A stretch of 64,000 bases of DNA from an uncultured Pseudomonadota bacterium. GTDB taxonomy: Bacteria; Pseudomonadota; Gammaproteobacteria; Natronospirales; REEB76. Shown piece by piece: positions 50,011 to 59,212 of this stretch. The stretch covers positions 454,454 through 518,453 of the forward strand of contig CAVZGN010000002.1 in NCBI GenBank assembly GCA_963774895.1, read 5' to 3'. Made by a program: the position numbers and the translations under genes. The notes beneath the pieces were generated by a model. It did not search any database and was not told the DNA's origin. It was given only the letters and a program-made list of their open reading frames with translations. How positions within the stretch are numbered: the first letter of the stretch is position 1; every line of letters begins with the position of its first letter.

Positions 50011-51621
50011 ATGAGCTATACCGCCGTCGCCCACGAACACCACGCCGAGCATCCGAGTGGTATCTGGCGCTGGATTACTACCACCAATCACAAGGATATC
50101 GGCACGCTGTACCTGTGTTTCAGCCTGCTGATGTTCTTCGTGGGCGGCGCCTTCGCCATGCTGATCCGTGCCGAACTGTTCGAGCCCGGCATGCAGTTGA
50201 TGGATCCGGAGTTTTTTAACCAGATGGCCACGCTGCACGGTCTGGTGATGATTTTCGGCGCCATCATGCCGGCGTTGGTGGGGCTGGCCAACTGGATGAT
50301 ACCGATGATGATCGGTGCGCCCGATATGGCGCTGCCGCGCATGAACAACTGGAGTTTCTGGATACTGCCGTTTGCCTTTATCCTATTGCTGTCTACCCTC
50401 TTTATGCCGGGAGGCGCTCCCGCAAGTGGCTGGACCATCTATGCGCCCTTGATGCTGCAGACCGGCATGGCTTTCCCGTTCACTATTTTCGCCATACATC
50501 TGCTGGGCATCTCTTCCGTGCTTGGCGCCATCAACATCATCGCCACCATCCTGAATTTGCGCGCCCCGGGCATGGCGCTTATGAAGATGCCGCTGTTCGT
50601 GTGGTGCTGGCTGATAACCGCTTATCTGCTCATTGCTGCAATGCCGGTGTTAGCAGGTGCAGTGACCATGGAACTCATGGACAAATACTTTGGCACCAGT
50701 TTCTTTAACGCGGCCGGTGGCGGCGATCCGGTGCTTTTCCAACATGTGTTCTGGTTCTTCGGTCACCCCGAAGTTTACATTATGGTTCTGCCGGCCTTCG
50801 GCGTAATTTCGGAGATCATCCCGACGTTCTCCCGCAAACCGTTGTTTGGTTACACCTCCATGGTCTATGCCGTTGCCTCCATCGCATTTCTGTCATTCAT
50901 CGTCTGGGCCCACCACATGTTCACGGTAGGCATGCCATTGTCAGCAGACTTGTTCTTCATGTTTTCAACCATGCTAATCGCGGTGCCCACCGGTGTGAAA
51001 GTTTTCAATTGGGTAGCCACCATGTGGCGTGGTTCACTCTCGTTCGAGACGCCCATGCTGTTTGCCATCGCCTTCGTATTCCTGTTTACCATCGGTGGTT
51101 TTTCAGGCGTGATGCTGGCGCTGGTGCCGGCCGACTGGCAATACCACGACACCTACTTTGTGGTGGCGCATTTTCATTACGTGCTGGTAACCGGCTCAGC
51201 TTTCGGCATCATGGGCGCAGTGTATTACTGGCTGCCGAAATGGACCGGCCACATGTATAACGAGACTTTGGGCAAATGGCATTTCTGGCTGACAGCCATC
51301 TCCTCCAACGTGCTGTATTTCCCCATGCACTTCCTGGGTCTCGCCGGCATGAACCGCCGTCTTCCGGACTATCCCCTGCAGTTCACTGATTTGAACCAGA
51401 TCGTCTCTGTCGGCGGATTCGTCTTCGGAATTTCTCAATTACTGTTCGTGTATGTGGTCATTCAATGCATACGTGGGGGCAAAAAGGCTGAAGCCAAAGT
51501 TTGGGATGGCGCTCATGGCCTTGAATGGACATTGCCTTCGCCGCCGCCCTATCACAGTTTTACCGAGCCACCGGCGCCGAAGCTTATTTGGACGCATCCT
51601 TATCAAGGTAATTTAGGGTGA
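50011..51621 (+). CDS. ctaD: cytochrome c oxidase subunit I
   Basis: WFFGHPEVY, and the HHMF and HFHYV haem/CuB ligand regions. 12+ TM. Confidence 0.95.
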   Translation: MSYTAVAHEHHAEHPSGIWRWITTTNHKDIGTLYLCFSLLMFFVGGAFAMLIRAELFEPGMQLMDPEFFNQMATLHGLVMIFGAIMPALVGLANWMIPMMIGAPDMALPRMNNWSFWILPFAFILLLSTLFMPGGAPASGWTIYAPLMLQTGMAFPFTIFAIHLLGISSVLGAINIIATILNLRAPGMALMKMPLFVWCWLITAYLLIAAMPVLAGAVTMELMDKYFGTSFFNAAGGGDPVLFQHVFWFFGHPEVYIMVLPAFGVISEIIPTFSRKPLFGYTSMVYAVASIAFLSFIVWAHHMFTVGMPLSADLFFMFSTMLIAVPTGVKVFNWVATMWRGSLSFETPMLFAIAFVFLFTIGGFSGVMLALVPADWQYHDTYFVVAHFHYVLVTGSAFGIMGAVYYWLPKWTGHMYNETLGKWHFWLTAISSNVLYFPMHFLGLAGMNRRLPDYPLQFTDLNQIVSVGGFVFGISQLLFVYVVIQCIRGGKKAEAKVWDGAHGLEWTLPSPPPYHSFTEPPAPKLIWTHPYQGNLG

Positions 51622-51639
51622 CAATCGCCATTAGCGGTT

Positions 51640-51774
51640 ATGAGCAAATCGGCGCTTGATGCACAGGAAAAACGCCGGCATCGGGCTGTGCGTACCGCCA
51701 TCATCACCGCCTTGGTGGCCATCGGGTTTTATGTGGGATTTATTGTTTATATGCGCTGGGCGCATCATCGGTGA
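51640..51774 (+). CDS. 44-aa single-TM protein (possible cytochrome oxidase small assembly protein)
   Basis: Hand-translated: MSKSALDAQEKRRHRAVRTAIITALVAIGFYVGFIVYMRWAHHR*. It fills the coxA-coxC gap, has a basic N-terminus and one TM helix, and is below the track cutoff. Confidence 0.45.
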   Translation: MSKSALDAQEKRRHRAVRTAIITALVAIGFYVGFIVYMRWAHHR

Positions 51775-51836
51775 TACAACCTGCGGGATCCCTGGTCCAT
51801 ACATCAGTGTGATTTAAGAGATAACGGGAGAAAAAT

Positions 51837-52712
51837 ATGTCAGCAGAGGCACACACCGCTAATCATTACTACATCCCGCATGGCACACACTGGCCCATCA
51901 TAGGCACTGTGGGCCTTTTTACTACTGCAGTGGGCGGGGCCTTGTGGCTTGAAGGTTTGGTCTTCGGCGGTTATCTGTGCCTGCTGGGGATGATTATTAT
52001 TTTGCTGATGATGTTCGGCTGGTTCGGCACTGTTATCCGCGAGAGTCTCAGCGGCACCTACAACGAGCAAGTGGACCGCTCCTTCCGCTGGGGCATGACT
52101 TTCTTCATCTTCTCCGAAGTAATGTTCTTCGGTGCCTTTTTTGGCGCGCTGTTTTTCGCGCGGGTATTCGTGGAGAACTGGCTGGCGGGCGGCAGCAACA
52201 ACCTGTTTACCAATCTGCTGCTATGGAAGGGCTACGAGCCCGTTTGGCCCAGCAACGGCCCGGGTAATGTAGGCGGTACATTCCAAGGCATGTCCGCGGC
52301 CGGTATCGCAGCACTCAATACCCTGATACTGCTGTCGAGCGGTCTGACGGTGACCATCGCCCACTGGGGTCTGAAGGAAGGCAATCGCAAGAAACTCTGC
52401 TGGTTTCTGCTGTTTACTATCATCCTGGGGTTCTCGTTTGTGGCGCTGCAGGCCCACGAGTACATCGAGGCCTATACCAAACAGAACCTGACGCTGGGTA
52501 GCGGCATCTATGGTTCCACGTTCTTCATGCTCACCGGATTCCACGGCCTGCACGTGACCATCGGTGCGATCATGCTGACGGTAATTCTGTTGCGCTCCCT
52601 CAAGGGGCATTTCACCCCCCAACACCACTTCGCGTTCGAGGCAGTCTCTTGGTACTGGCATTTCGTGGACGTGGTGTGGCTGGGGCTGTTCATCTTCGTG
52701 TACTGGCTTTGA
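51837..52712 (+). CDS. coxC: cytochrome c oxidase subunit III
   Basis: 7-TM protein with FFMLTGFHGLHVTIG and WYWHFVDVVW motifs. Confidence 0.95.
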   Translation: MSAEAHTANHYYIPHGTHWPIIGTVGLFTTAVGGALWLEGLVFGGYLCLLGMIIILLMMFGWFGTVIRESLSGTYNEQVDRSFRWGMTFFIFSEVMFFGAFFGALFFARVFVENWLAGGSNNLFTNLLLWKGYEPVWPSNGPGNVGGTFQGMSAAGIAALNTLILLSSGLTVTIAHWGLKEGNRKKLCWFLLFTIILGFSFVALQAHEYIEAYTKQNLTLGSGIYGSTFFMLTGFHGLHVTIGAIMLTVILLRSLKGHFTPQHHFAFEAVSWYWHFVDVVWLGLFIFVYWL

Positions 52713-52733
52713 TACAGAGCTGCATCGACTGAT

Positions 52734-52771
52734 AAAAAGCAAGCGCTGCCGCGGCAGCGCTTCTTGTTTTC
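52734..52771. terminator. bidirectional rho-independent terminator (coxC / convergent small gene)
   Basis: Perfect palindrome AAGCGCTGCCGCGGCAGCGCTT (52741-52762). It is followed by CTTGTTTTC on the plus strand and preceded by AAAAA (a T-run on the minus strand). Confidence 0.65.
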
Positions 52772-52791
52772 TGCCGATGCCGGATTCTGTA

Positions 52792-53010
52792 TCAATGCCG
52801 CGGTGGCAATAGACCGTGCGGATGCAGCCAGCCGGCCCAGTAACCGAGCATCAGCAGCGCGAACAGGATGAGTGATAGGGTGATGCGCACAGTCAACGCC
52901 TTGACCATGCGTGTCGACTGGCCGCGGTCGCGCAGCAGATAATACATGCCCGAGAACAGGCTCACGATGATGGCGCATAAAATGACGAGGATAACAATTT
53001 CAGAGAACAT
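52792..53010 (-). CDS. twin-transmembrane-helix small protein (DUF2909-like)
   Basis: About 72 aa with two hydrophobic helices separated by RDRGQSTRMVK. This is its usual position in proteobacterial oxidase clusters. Confidence 0.6.
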   Translation of the reverse strand: MFSEIVILVILCAIIVSLFSGMYYLLRDRGQSTRMVKALTVRITLSLILFALLMLGYWAGWLHPHGLLPPRH

Positions 53011-53065
53011 GCAAGGCGTCACGGCCGTGATTATGAGAATACTCGTGGCAAGTTAGCATGCAGTC

Positions 53066-53803
53066 ATGCGCGTAGGCAAATGGCAGTTCGATCCGGGCTT
53101 GTGGCCGACACTGTTGACACTGGTGCTGCTGATGATTCTGGTGCAGCTCGGCCTATGGCAGTTGCGGCGCGCTGATTACAAGCGTGCCCTGCTGGCGGAA
53201 TATCAGCAAGCCGGCGTGTTACCACCGGTCTCGGTTAACCAGGCGCTGGACACCGGCGGATTCGATGCACTCGGGCGTTACCGGCATGTAGTGGTGCAGG
53301 GACGTTATGACAGCGCCCACCAGCTGCTGCTGGATGACATGCAGGAAGGTGAGCAGGTCGGCTATCAGGTGCTCACGCCCCTGATGCTGGGACCCGGGCA
53401 GCAGATCCTGCTGGTCAACCGCGGCTTCATCACCCGCAAACCGGGGGTGAAGACTCTGCCGGAGGTGCACGTGGATTCCGGTAATCGCAGCGTCAGCGGT
53501 GTATTGGGCATACTGCCGGTACCGGGTATCCGTCTGGGCAAGACCACCGCGCCCGCCGGCTGGCCAAAGCTGATGCTATTTCCCAGTCATCAAAACCTGC
53601 TGGAACTGTATGGGAGCAAACTGCTCAAACCAGTGCTGCTGCTGGACGCCAGCCAGACGGACGGTTTCATGCGCGACTGGCAGCCCAATGTCGGTTTTCC
53701 GCCGGTGCGCCATGATGCTTACGCACTGCAATGGTTTGCACTGGCATTGGCGCTGCTCATCATCTGGATCGTGGTGAACAGTAAACGGATTAAACATGAG
53801 TGA
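53066..53803 (+). CDS. SURF1 family cytochrome oxidase assembly protein
   Basis: LGLWQLRRADYKRAL N-terminal motif, a C-terminal TM, and HDAYALQWFALA. Confidence 0.85.
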   Translation: MRVGKWQFDPGLWPTLLTLVLLMILVQLGLWQLRRADYKRALLAEYQQAGVLPPVSVNQALDTGGFDALGRYRHVVVQGRYDSAHQLLLDDMQEGEQVGYQVLTPLMLGPGQQILLVNRGFITRKPGVKTLPEVHVDSGNRSVSGVLGILPVPGIRLGKTTAPAGWPKLMLFPSHQNLLELYGSKLLKPVLLLDASQTDGFMRDWQPNVGFPPVRHDAYALQWFALALALLIIWIVVNSKRIKHE

Positions 53804-54428
53804 TATCACTGGACAAGTACAGCCAGCGGTGCGCCGCAAAAGAACCTGGATAATATTCACGGTACTAGCCGCGACCTTTTTGTGCCCGATCATCATCGCC
53901 TGGATCCTGTACCTGAATATCAACCACTTCAATTTCGGCACCAACCAGCATGGCGAGTTCATAAAGCCGGCGCGTGCTTTGATTACCATGCCCTTGCCAC
54001 TGCCCTTGACCGGCAAGAGTCTGGCGCCGGATTTTTTCAAGAACCATTACACCCTTGTTTATATGAGTGCGGCAGCCTGCAATGCGGATTGCGAGGAGGC
54101 CTTGTATCTTACGCGCCAGGTGCGCTATGCCATGGGCCAGAAGATCGAAGCGGTGCAGCGCCTGTATCTGGTGGAAGGTGCTCCGCAGAATCCCGGCAAA
54201 CTGTTGCGCGAGCAGGTGGACGTTACCATAGCCGATATATCCGGCCCGGCAGGCAGGAAATTCGTCCAACAGTTCAGCATTGACGGCAGATACTCGCCGG
54301 ATATCGGCAAGTACATCTACCTGGTGGATGCACGCGGCTTTTACCTCATGCGCTATTCCATCTCCGGAAATCCCGAGGGTTTGCTCAAAGATCTGCAGCA
54401 TCTCTTGGGGCAGGGCGGGGGCATGTAA
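53796..54428 (+). CDS. membrane-anchored SCO1/SenC-like thioredoxin-fold protein (divergent)
   Basis: N-terminal TM. TLVYMSAAACNADCEEAL aligns with the SCO FGYTxCPDVCP CxxxC region, and KYIYLVDARGFYLMRY aligns with the SCO C-terminal strand, but I could not see the canonical His. Confidence 0.45.
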   Translation: MSDITGQVQPAVRRKRTWIIFTVLAATFLCPIIIAWILYLNINHFNFGTNQHGEFIKPARALITMPLPLPLTGKSLAPDFFKNHYTLVYMSAAACNADCEEALYLTRQVRYAMGQKIEAVQRLYLVEGAPQNPGKLLREQVDVTIADISGPAGRKFVQQFSIDGRYSPDIGKYIYLVDARGFYLMRYSISGNPEGLLKDLQHLLGQGGGM

Positions 54429-54431
54429 GCG

Positions 54432-55436
54432 GTGCAGCGCAACGGCTATTTATATCTGGCAATGCTGGCTGCGTTTCTGGCGCTGGTAGTGATCGTGCTG
54501 GGCGCCTACGTGCGGCTCTCACAGGCGGGGCTGGGCTGCCCCGATTGGCCGGGTTGCTATGGTCACATCAGCGTACCCGACAGCCGACAGGCTATTGCTG
54601 CAGTAGATGCACATTATGCCGGCCGTCCTTTGCAAGCAGGACGCGCCTGGAAGGAGATGATCCACCGCTATTTCGCCGGCAGCATCGCAGTGCTGGTGCT
54701 GATCCTGACCGTGATCGCCTGGTGGCGGCGAAGGCGTGCTGCTCAGCCGGTGCTATTGCCATCACTGGCGTTGTTGACCGTCATCTTTCAAGCGTTGCTC
54801 GGTATGTGGACTGTGACACTGTTGCTATTCCCGCCCGTAGTCATGGGCCATCTGCTGGGCGGCTATGTCACGTTCGCACTATTGGTTTTGCTGGTGTTGC
54901 AGACCGGCGGCTATCTGCGAACCGGTGACACATCCAATACCCTGCATTGGATGGTGGGCCTGGCGCTGGTGGCACTGGTCTGTCAGATTGCGCTCGGCGG
55001 CTGGACCAGTAGCAATTATGCCGGTATCGCCTGTCCGGATTTTCCCACCTGTCAGGCACACTGGTGGCCGCCGATGGATTTTCGCGCTGCTTTCACTTGG
55101 CACGCACTCGGCATCGATTACCAAGGTGGCATACTGGGCGAACCAGCCCGGGCCGCCATCCAGGTGACACATCGCCTGGGGGCGTTGGTGACTTCAATCA
55201 TGGTGCTTGCGACCGCAATGCTATGCCTGTTCAAGGGCCACAATCCTGGAATCAAATGGCTGGGCGCACTCGCAGGCGCGTTGGTGATTTGCCAGGTGGG
55301 CATCGGCATCGGTATGGTGCACTTGGCGCTACCCCTGGCGCTCACGGTCGCGCATACAGGGGTAGCCGCATTGCTGCTGGCAACCATCGTTAGCTTGAAT
55401 TGGGCGGTATGGGCTCGGCCGGAATCTCATTCATGA
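54432..55436 (+). CDS. ctaA: heme A synthase (COX15/CtaA)
   Basis: GLGCPDWPGCYG motif, multiple TM helices with conserved His. GTG start. Confidence 0.85.
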   Translation: MQRNGYLYLAMLAAFLALVVIVLGAYVRLSQAGLGCPDWPGCYGHISVPDSRQAIAAVDAHYAGRPLQAGRAWKEMIHRYFAGSIAVLVLILTVIAWWRRRRAAQPVLLPSLALLTVIFQALLGMWTVTLLLFPPVVMGHLLGGYVTFALLVLLVLQTGGYLRTGDTSNTLHWMVGLALVALVCQIALGGWTSSNYAGIACPDFPTCQAHWWPPMDFRAAFTWHALGIDYQGGILGEPARAAIQVTHRLGALVTSIMVLATAMLCLFKGHNPGIKWLGALAGALVICQVGIGIGMVHLALPLALTVAHTGVAALLLATIVSLNWAVWARPESHS

Positions 55437-56359
55437 ACACGCGTTTACAAGAGACTTTACTCACCCAGTCTGGGCAGGCCAGCTGGTGGGATTTCTATGA
55501 ACTCGGTAAACCTCGCATCGTGCTGCTCATCGTGTTCACCGCCATCGTCGGCATGTTTCTGGCGGTGCCCGGCATACTGCCGCTCAGGCAATTCATTTTC
55601 GGTACCATCGGCATCGGCTTGGCTGCATCTTGTGCTTCAGCAATTAACCATCTGCTGGACCGGCGTGCGGATGCCGCCATGTTCCGCACCCGGCACCGGC
55701 CGTTGCCCCAGGGTCATGTGACTGAGCGCCAGGTAATTATCTATGCGTCGATCATCGGCACGCTGTCCATGCTGGTGCTGTTGATATTTGTAAATTGGCT
55801 CACTGCCGCACTCACCTTCGCTTCACTTATTGGCTACGCCATCATCTACACTGGATTCCTGAAGCGTGCCTCACCGCAGAACATAGTAATTGGCGGACTC
55901 GCCGGCGCTGCCCCGCCGATACTGGGCTGGACTGCGGTAACCAACCACGTGGCCCCCGGCACATTGCTGCTGTGCCTGATTATCTTCGTGTGGACACCAC
56001 CACATTTCTGGTCGCTGGCCATCCACCGGCGTGAGGATTACGCCAAGGCCGGCATACCGATGTTGCCGGTCACCCACGGCGTTTCTTATACAGTGGTGCA
56101 AATAATCCTCTACACATTGCTACTGGTGGCGGTAAGCATACTGCCCTACCTCATCGGCATGAGCGGTTTGTTGTATCTCACCGGTGCATTGATATTTGGC
56201 GGGATTTTCCTGGTGTACGCCTTCGCCCTGCGTTTCAGCAAAAATCCCAGCTTGCCCATGCGCACCTTCCGCTATTCCATCGTCTATCTCACGGCTATTT
56301 TCATACTGCTGCTGGTGGATCATTACGTACCACTGCTCATGCACATGATTTCAGCCTGA
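55433..56359 (+). CDS. cyoE: protoheme IX farnesyltransferase (heme O synthase)
   Basis: UbiA-superfamily motifs (NHLLDRRADAAM, PPHFWSLA). ATGA overlap with ctaA. Confidence 0.9.
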   Translation: MNTRLQETLLTQSGQASWWDFYELGKPRIVLLIVFTAIVGMFLAVPGILPLRQFIFGTIGIGLAASCASAINHLLDRRADAAMFRTRHRPLPQGHVTERQVIIYASIIGTLSMLVLLIFVNWLTAALTFASLIGYAIIYTGFLKRASPQNIVIGGLAGAAPPILGWTAVTNHVAPGTLLLCLIIFVWTPPHFWSLAIHRREDYAKAGIPMLPVTHGVSYTVVQIILYTLLLVAVSILPYLIGMSGLLYLTGALIFGGIFLVYAFALRFSKNPSLPMRTFRYSIVYLTAIFILLLVDHYVPLLMHMISA

Positions 56360-56375
56360 GCCTATCAGTGTAGGA

Positions 56376-56400
56376 GCGGCCGTCTCGGCCGCGATTTCTT
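56376..56400 (+). terminator. terminator-like / REP-like GC hairpin after cyoE
   Basis: GCGGCCG-TCT-CGGCCGC (56376-56392) followed by GATTTCTT. It is embedded in GTAGGAGCGGCCG...CGGCCGCGA, which resembles pseudomonad REP sequences. Confidence 0.4.
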
Positions 56401-56600
56401 ACCTCTCTGGTTGTTCCTGCCAACGGCTGCTCGTATAGTGAGGCGCAGTTCTAACGGCTGGGGATACCATGGTTGATGAGCCTTTAAGCTTCATGGCGCG
56501 CCTGAAGCGCCACCATAACTTCCCGTTGGCGTCGGTGTATGCCACTGCCGAAATGGACTGAAACATTATGCGGTCGATTCCAAATTAAAGAGGGATCGAC

Positions 56601-57953
56601 ATGAGATTTACCGACTTCAAAGCACCTGCCGATGCACCAAAAGGTCATCTGCTGCGCGTCCTCGGCATGGCATTCGGTCTGGCCATCGGCATCGGTACGA
56701 CTATTGGTGGCGGCATCCTACGTACGCCGGGGGACATTGCCGAGTTGTTGCCGACGCCACTGCTATTTATGTCGGTGTGGGTGTTCGGTGCGCTCAACGC
56801 ATTGCTGGGGGCTACGGTGTTCTCCGAGCTCGGCGCCATGCTGCCCCGCGCCGGCGGCCCGTATGTATTTGCACGCCGGGCCCTGGGCGACTATGCCGGC
56901 TTCTTTGTCGGCTATACGTACTGGATCCAGGTTTGCGCCGTACAGGCGGCCTTGTCGCTGCTCATCGGCGAATATATGCCGGTGCTGTTACCGGCACTGT
57001 CGGGCCATGCGCTCGCTGTCGCGTTTACAGTGCTGTTAGTGCTGGTGACATTGCAATGGCAAGGTGTGCGCTGGGGCGGCTATATCCAGACCATCGTCAC
57101 GCTGATAAAGGTGCTGGCCTTCACGGCTTTGATCATCGCCGCATTCGCCATGTCGCATACACCCGCTACCGTTGCTCCCAGCCTCGCGGTGCCGCAGGCG
57201 TTGGCGCTCCTGGTTGCTCTGATTCTGGCCATGCAGGGCATCATCTTCACCTATAACGGCTATTTTTACGTGTGCTTTTTCGGCGAAGAACTGCGGGCTC
57301 CGGGCCGCGATATTCCGCGGGCCATCTTCCGCAGTGTGTTTACGATCATCGCGGTATATCTGTTGCTCAACCTGGCGTTTCTGTGGGTGTTGCCGATTTC
57401 CCGGATGGCACATGCACCGTTCGTCGGCGGCCTGGTAGCCGAGGCGCTGTTCGGTGCACGCGGCAATCTGATCATCACGGTCATCGTCATGATTTCCCTG
57501 CTGGGTACCATCAATTCGCAGGTGTTGATCTCGGCGCGCTTGCTGTTGGCCATGGGGCGTAATGGGCTGTTCCTGCGGCAGGCAACCACAGTGAATCGTG
57601 GTGGTACCCCGACTGTGGGCATGCTGCTGGGCACCGGAGTGGCCTGTGCCTTCATGCTTTCCGGTACCTTCAACGCGGTGCTGGGTGTAGTCGCGATATT
57701 CATGGTGGTGAATTACTTGCTGATGTACATCTCCCTGATAGTTTTGCGCCGCAACGAGCCCGGGACTCCGCGACCCTATCAAGCCTGGGGCTATCCTTGG
57801 ACTACGCTGCTGGCAATACTGATCGGTGTGGTGTTTCTTGCGGGCGTGGTAATTAGCGACAAGCGACACACCTTGACCGCACTGGCGTGTCTGCTCATCA
57901 GTTACCCGATCTATTTGGGTATACGCAAGCTCAAATTATTGGATATGAATTGA
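56601..57953 (+). CDS. APC superfamily amino acid permease
   Basis: 450 aa, about 12 TM, with a GGGILRTPG N-terminal motif typical of APC transporters. Confidence 0.85.
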   Translation: MRFTDFKAPADAPKGHLLRVLGMAFGLAIGIGTTIGGGILRTPGDIAELLPTPLLFMSVWVFGALNALLGATVFSELGAMLPRAGGPYVFARRALGDYAGFFVGYTYWIQVCAVQAALSLLIGEYMPVLLPALSGHALAVAFTVLLVLVTLQWQGVRWGGYIQTIVTLIKVLAFTALIIAAFAMSHTPATVAPSLAVPQALALLVALILAMQGIIFTYNGYFYVCFFGEELRAPGRDIPRAIFRSVFTIIAVYLLLNLAFLWVLPISRMAHAPFVGGLVAEALFGARGNLIITVIVMISLLGTINSQVLISARLLLAMGRNGLFLRQATTVNRGGTPTVGMLLGTGVACAFMLSGTFNAVLGVVAIFMVVNYLLMYISLIVLRRNEPGTPRPYQAWGYPWTTLLAILIGVVFLAGVVISDKRHTLTALACLLISYPIYLGIRKLKLLDMN

Positions 57954-57991
57954 AACGCAACGCTAGAATGTTCAAAGACAAAGGAACCCAC

Positions 57992-58534
57992 ATGCAATAC
58001 ATCTTGGTAATCGCAGTGCTCATCATGTCTTCTGTAGCCGGTATCGCAATGGCGGCTGATAGCCGGACACTTTCACTAGAACTTCAGAAACTGAATATCT
58101 TCGTGGGGCACTGGGAGTTTCACGGCCAGACCCTGGAAACGGCCTTCGGCAAGGCCGGTACCTGGACCTGGGATGAAGATTGCCGCTGGTCCGACAATCA
58201 GGTTTTCTTGCTGTGCAGCTTCAACAACATATGGTCCGGCGAATCCGTCGGTTCTTTGGTGGTGGATACCTATAACAAAAAGGACCACGGCTACTGGCAT
58301 TATGAGTTATTTGCTGACAGTCTGACGGGCTCCAGGCCATTCATCTCTAAGATGACCGTCGCCGGCGATACCTGGACCGAATACGGACAAGATAAGGAGC
58401 ATGGCAAGAAGATCAGTGAGCGTATCACCTACCGCTATAACTCACCTCAGCAAGTGGATGTCGAGATCCAGGTATCGCGCGATGGCACCCATTGGGTCAC
58501 GGTTGATCGCGGCCGGGGCGTTAAACAGCCGTAA
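57992..58534 (+). CDS. periplasmic hypothetical protein (DUF1579/lipocalin-like pattern)
   Basis: Signal peptide MQYILVIAVLIMSSVAGIAMA|AD. The Trp-rich beta-type sequence (GHWEFHG, GTWTWDEDCRW, SRDGTHW) is reminiscent of DUF1579. Confidence 0.45.
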   Translation: MQYILVIAVLIMSSVAGIAMAADSRTLSLELQKLNIFVGHWEFHGQTLETAFGKAGTWTWDEDCRWSDNQVFLLCSFNNIWSGESVGSLVVDTYNKKDHGYWHYELFADSLTGSRPFISKMTVAGDTWTEYGQDKEHGKKISERITYRYNSPQQVDVEIQVSRDGTHWVTVDRGRGVKQP

Positions 58535-58542
58535 CCGCACGC

Positions 58543-59142
58543 TCACATAGACCGCCACTCGCGCAGGCTGAACATCCGTATGAAGGTCGGATGGTGCAAC
58601 AGGCTGTGGAGCAGGGTCACGGCTAAATGGCCGCCCCAATAGATCCAGGTGATGACCGCGAATGTATCGTGGACATCCTCGATGATTTCCAGGACGTCAG
58701 CGCTGGCGCCCGCCATGCGGAATAAATAGAAGGACGTGCCTGCCAACACCGTGGCGGTGACCGCCAGCAAACCCAGTCCGTGGACAAAACCTACCAGACC
58801 CCCGTCCGTGCCGGGTCCGCCAGGTGGCAGTTGCCGGTAGCGTATGGCCTGCCTGAATTCCCGGGTGACGGCGCGCAGGCCTGAATTTGACCAGGGAAAC
58901 AAGTGGTGCAGGCCTTCGTGCGGATGAGTGGCCGACCACAGCCAGTGCAGCAGCAGCAGAGTGAGTATCGTGAAACCGAGGATTTCATGCGACTCGAAGC
59001 CGAAGCTGTCCGGCCGGCTGGCATGGGGGCTGCGCATGAAGCTGCCGATAAACAGCTGTGCGGTGACGGCGATGGCCAGCAGCAGGTGTAATAGCCGCAA
59101 TGGCCGGCTCCATTTTGCTGAAGTAATTTCTTGATTTGTCAT
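58543..59142 (-). CDS. cytochrome b561-type (Ni_hydr_CYTB family) membrane protein
   Basis: Four TM helices with conserved His (LLHLLLA, SHEILG, FVHGLG, GGHLAVTLLH). Start set at ATG 59142; the longer track ORF reads through a repeat element. Confidence 0.65.
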   Translation of the reverse strand: MTNQEITSAKWSRPLRLLHLLLAIAVTAQLFIGSFMRSPHASRPDSFGFESHEILGFTILTLLLLHWLWSATHPHEGLHHLFPWSNSGLRAVTREFRQAIRYRQLPPGGPGTDGGLVGFVHGLGLLAVTATVLAGTSFYLFRMAGASADVLEIIEDVHDTFAVITWIYWGGHLAVTLLHSLLHHPTFIRMFSLREWRSM

Positions 59143-59212
59143 GCGCCCGTTTCCGTAGCAGTTGGCTGTTGAAGACCGGCACATTCTCCTGGAATCCATC
59201 TCAAAGTGCGAT

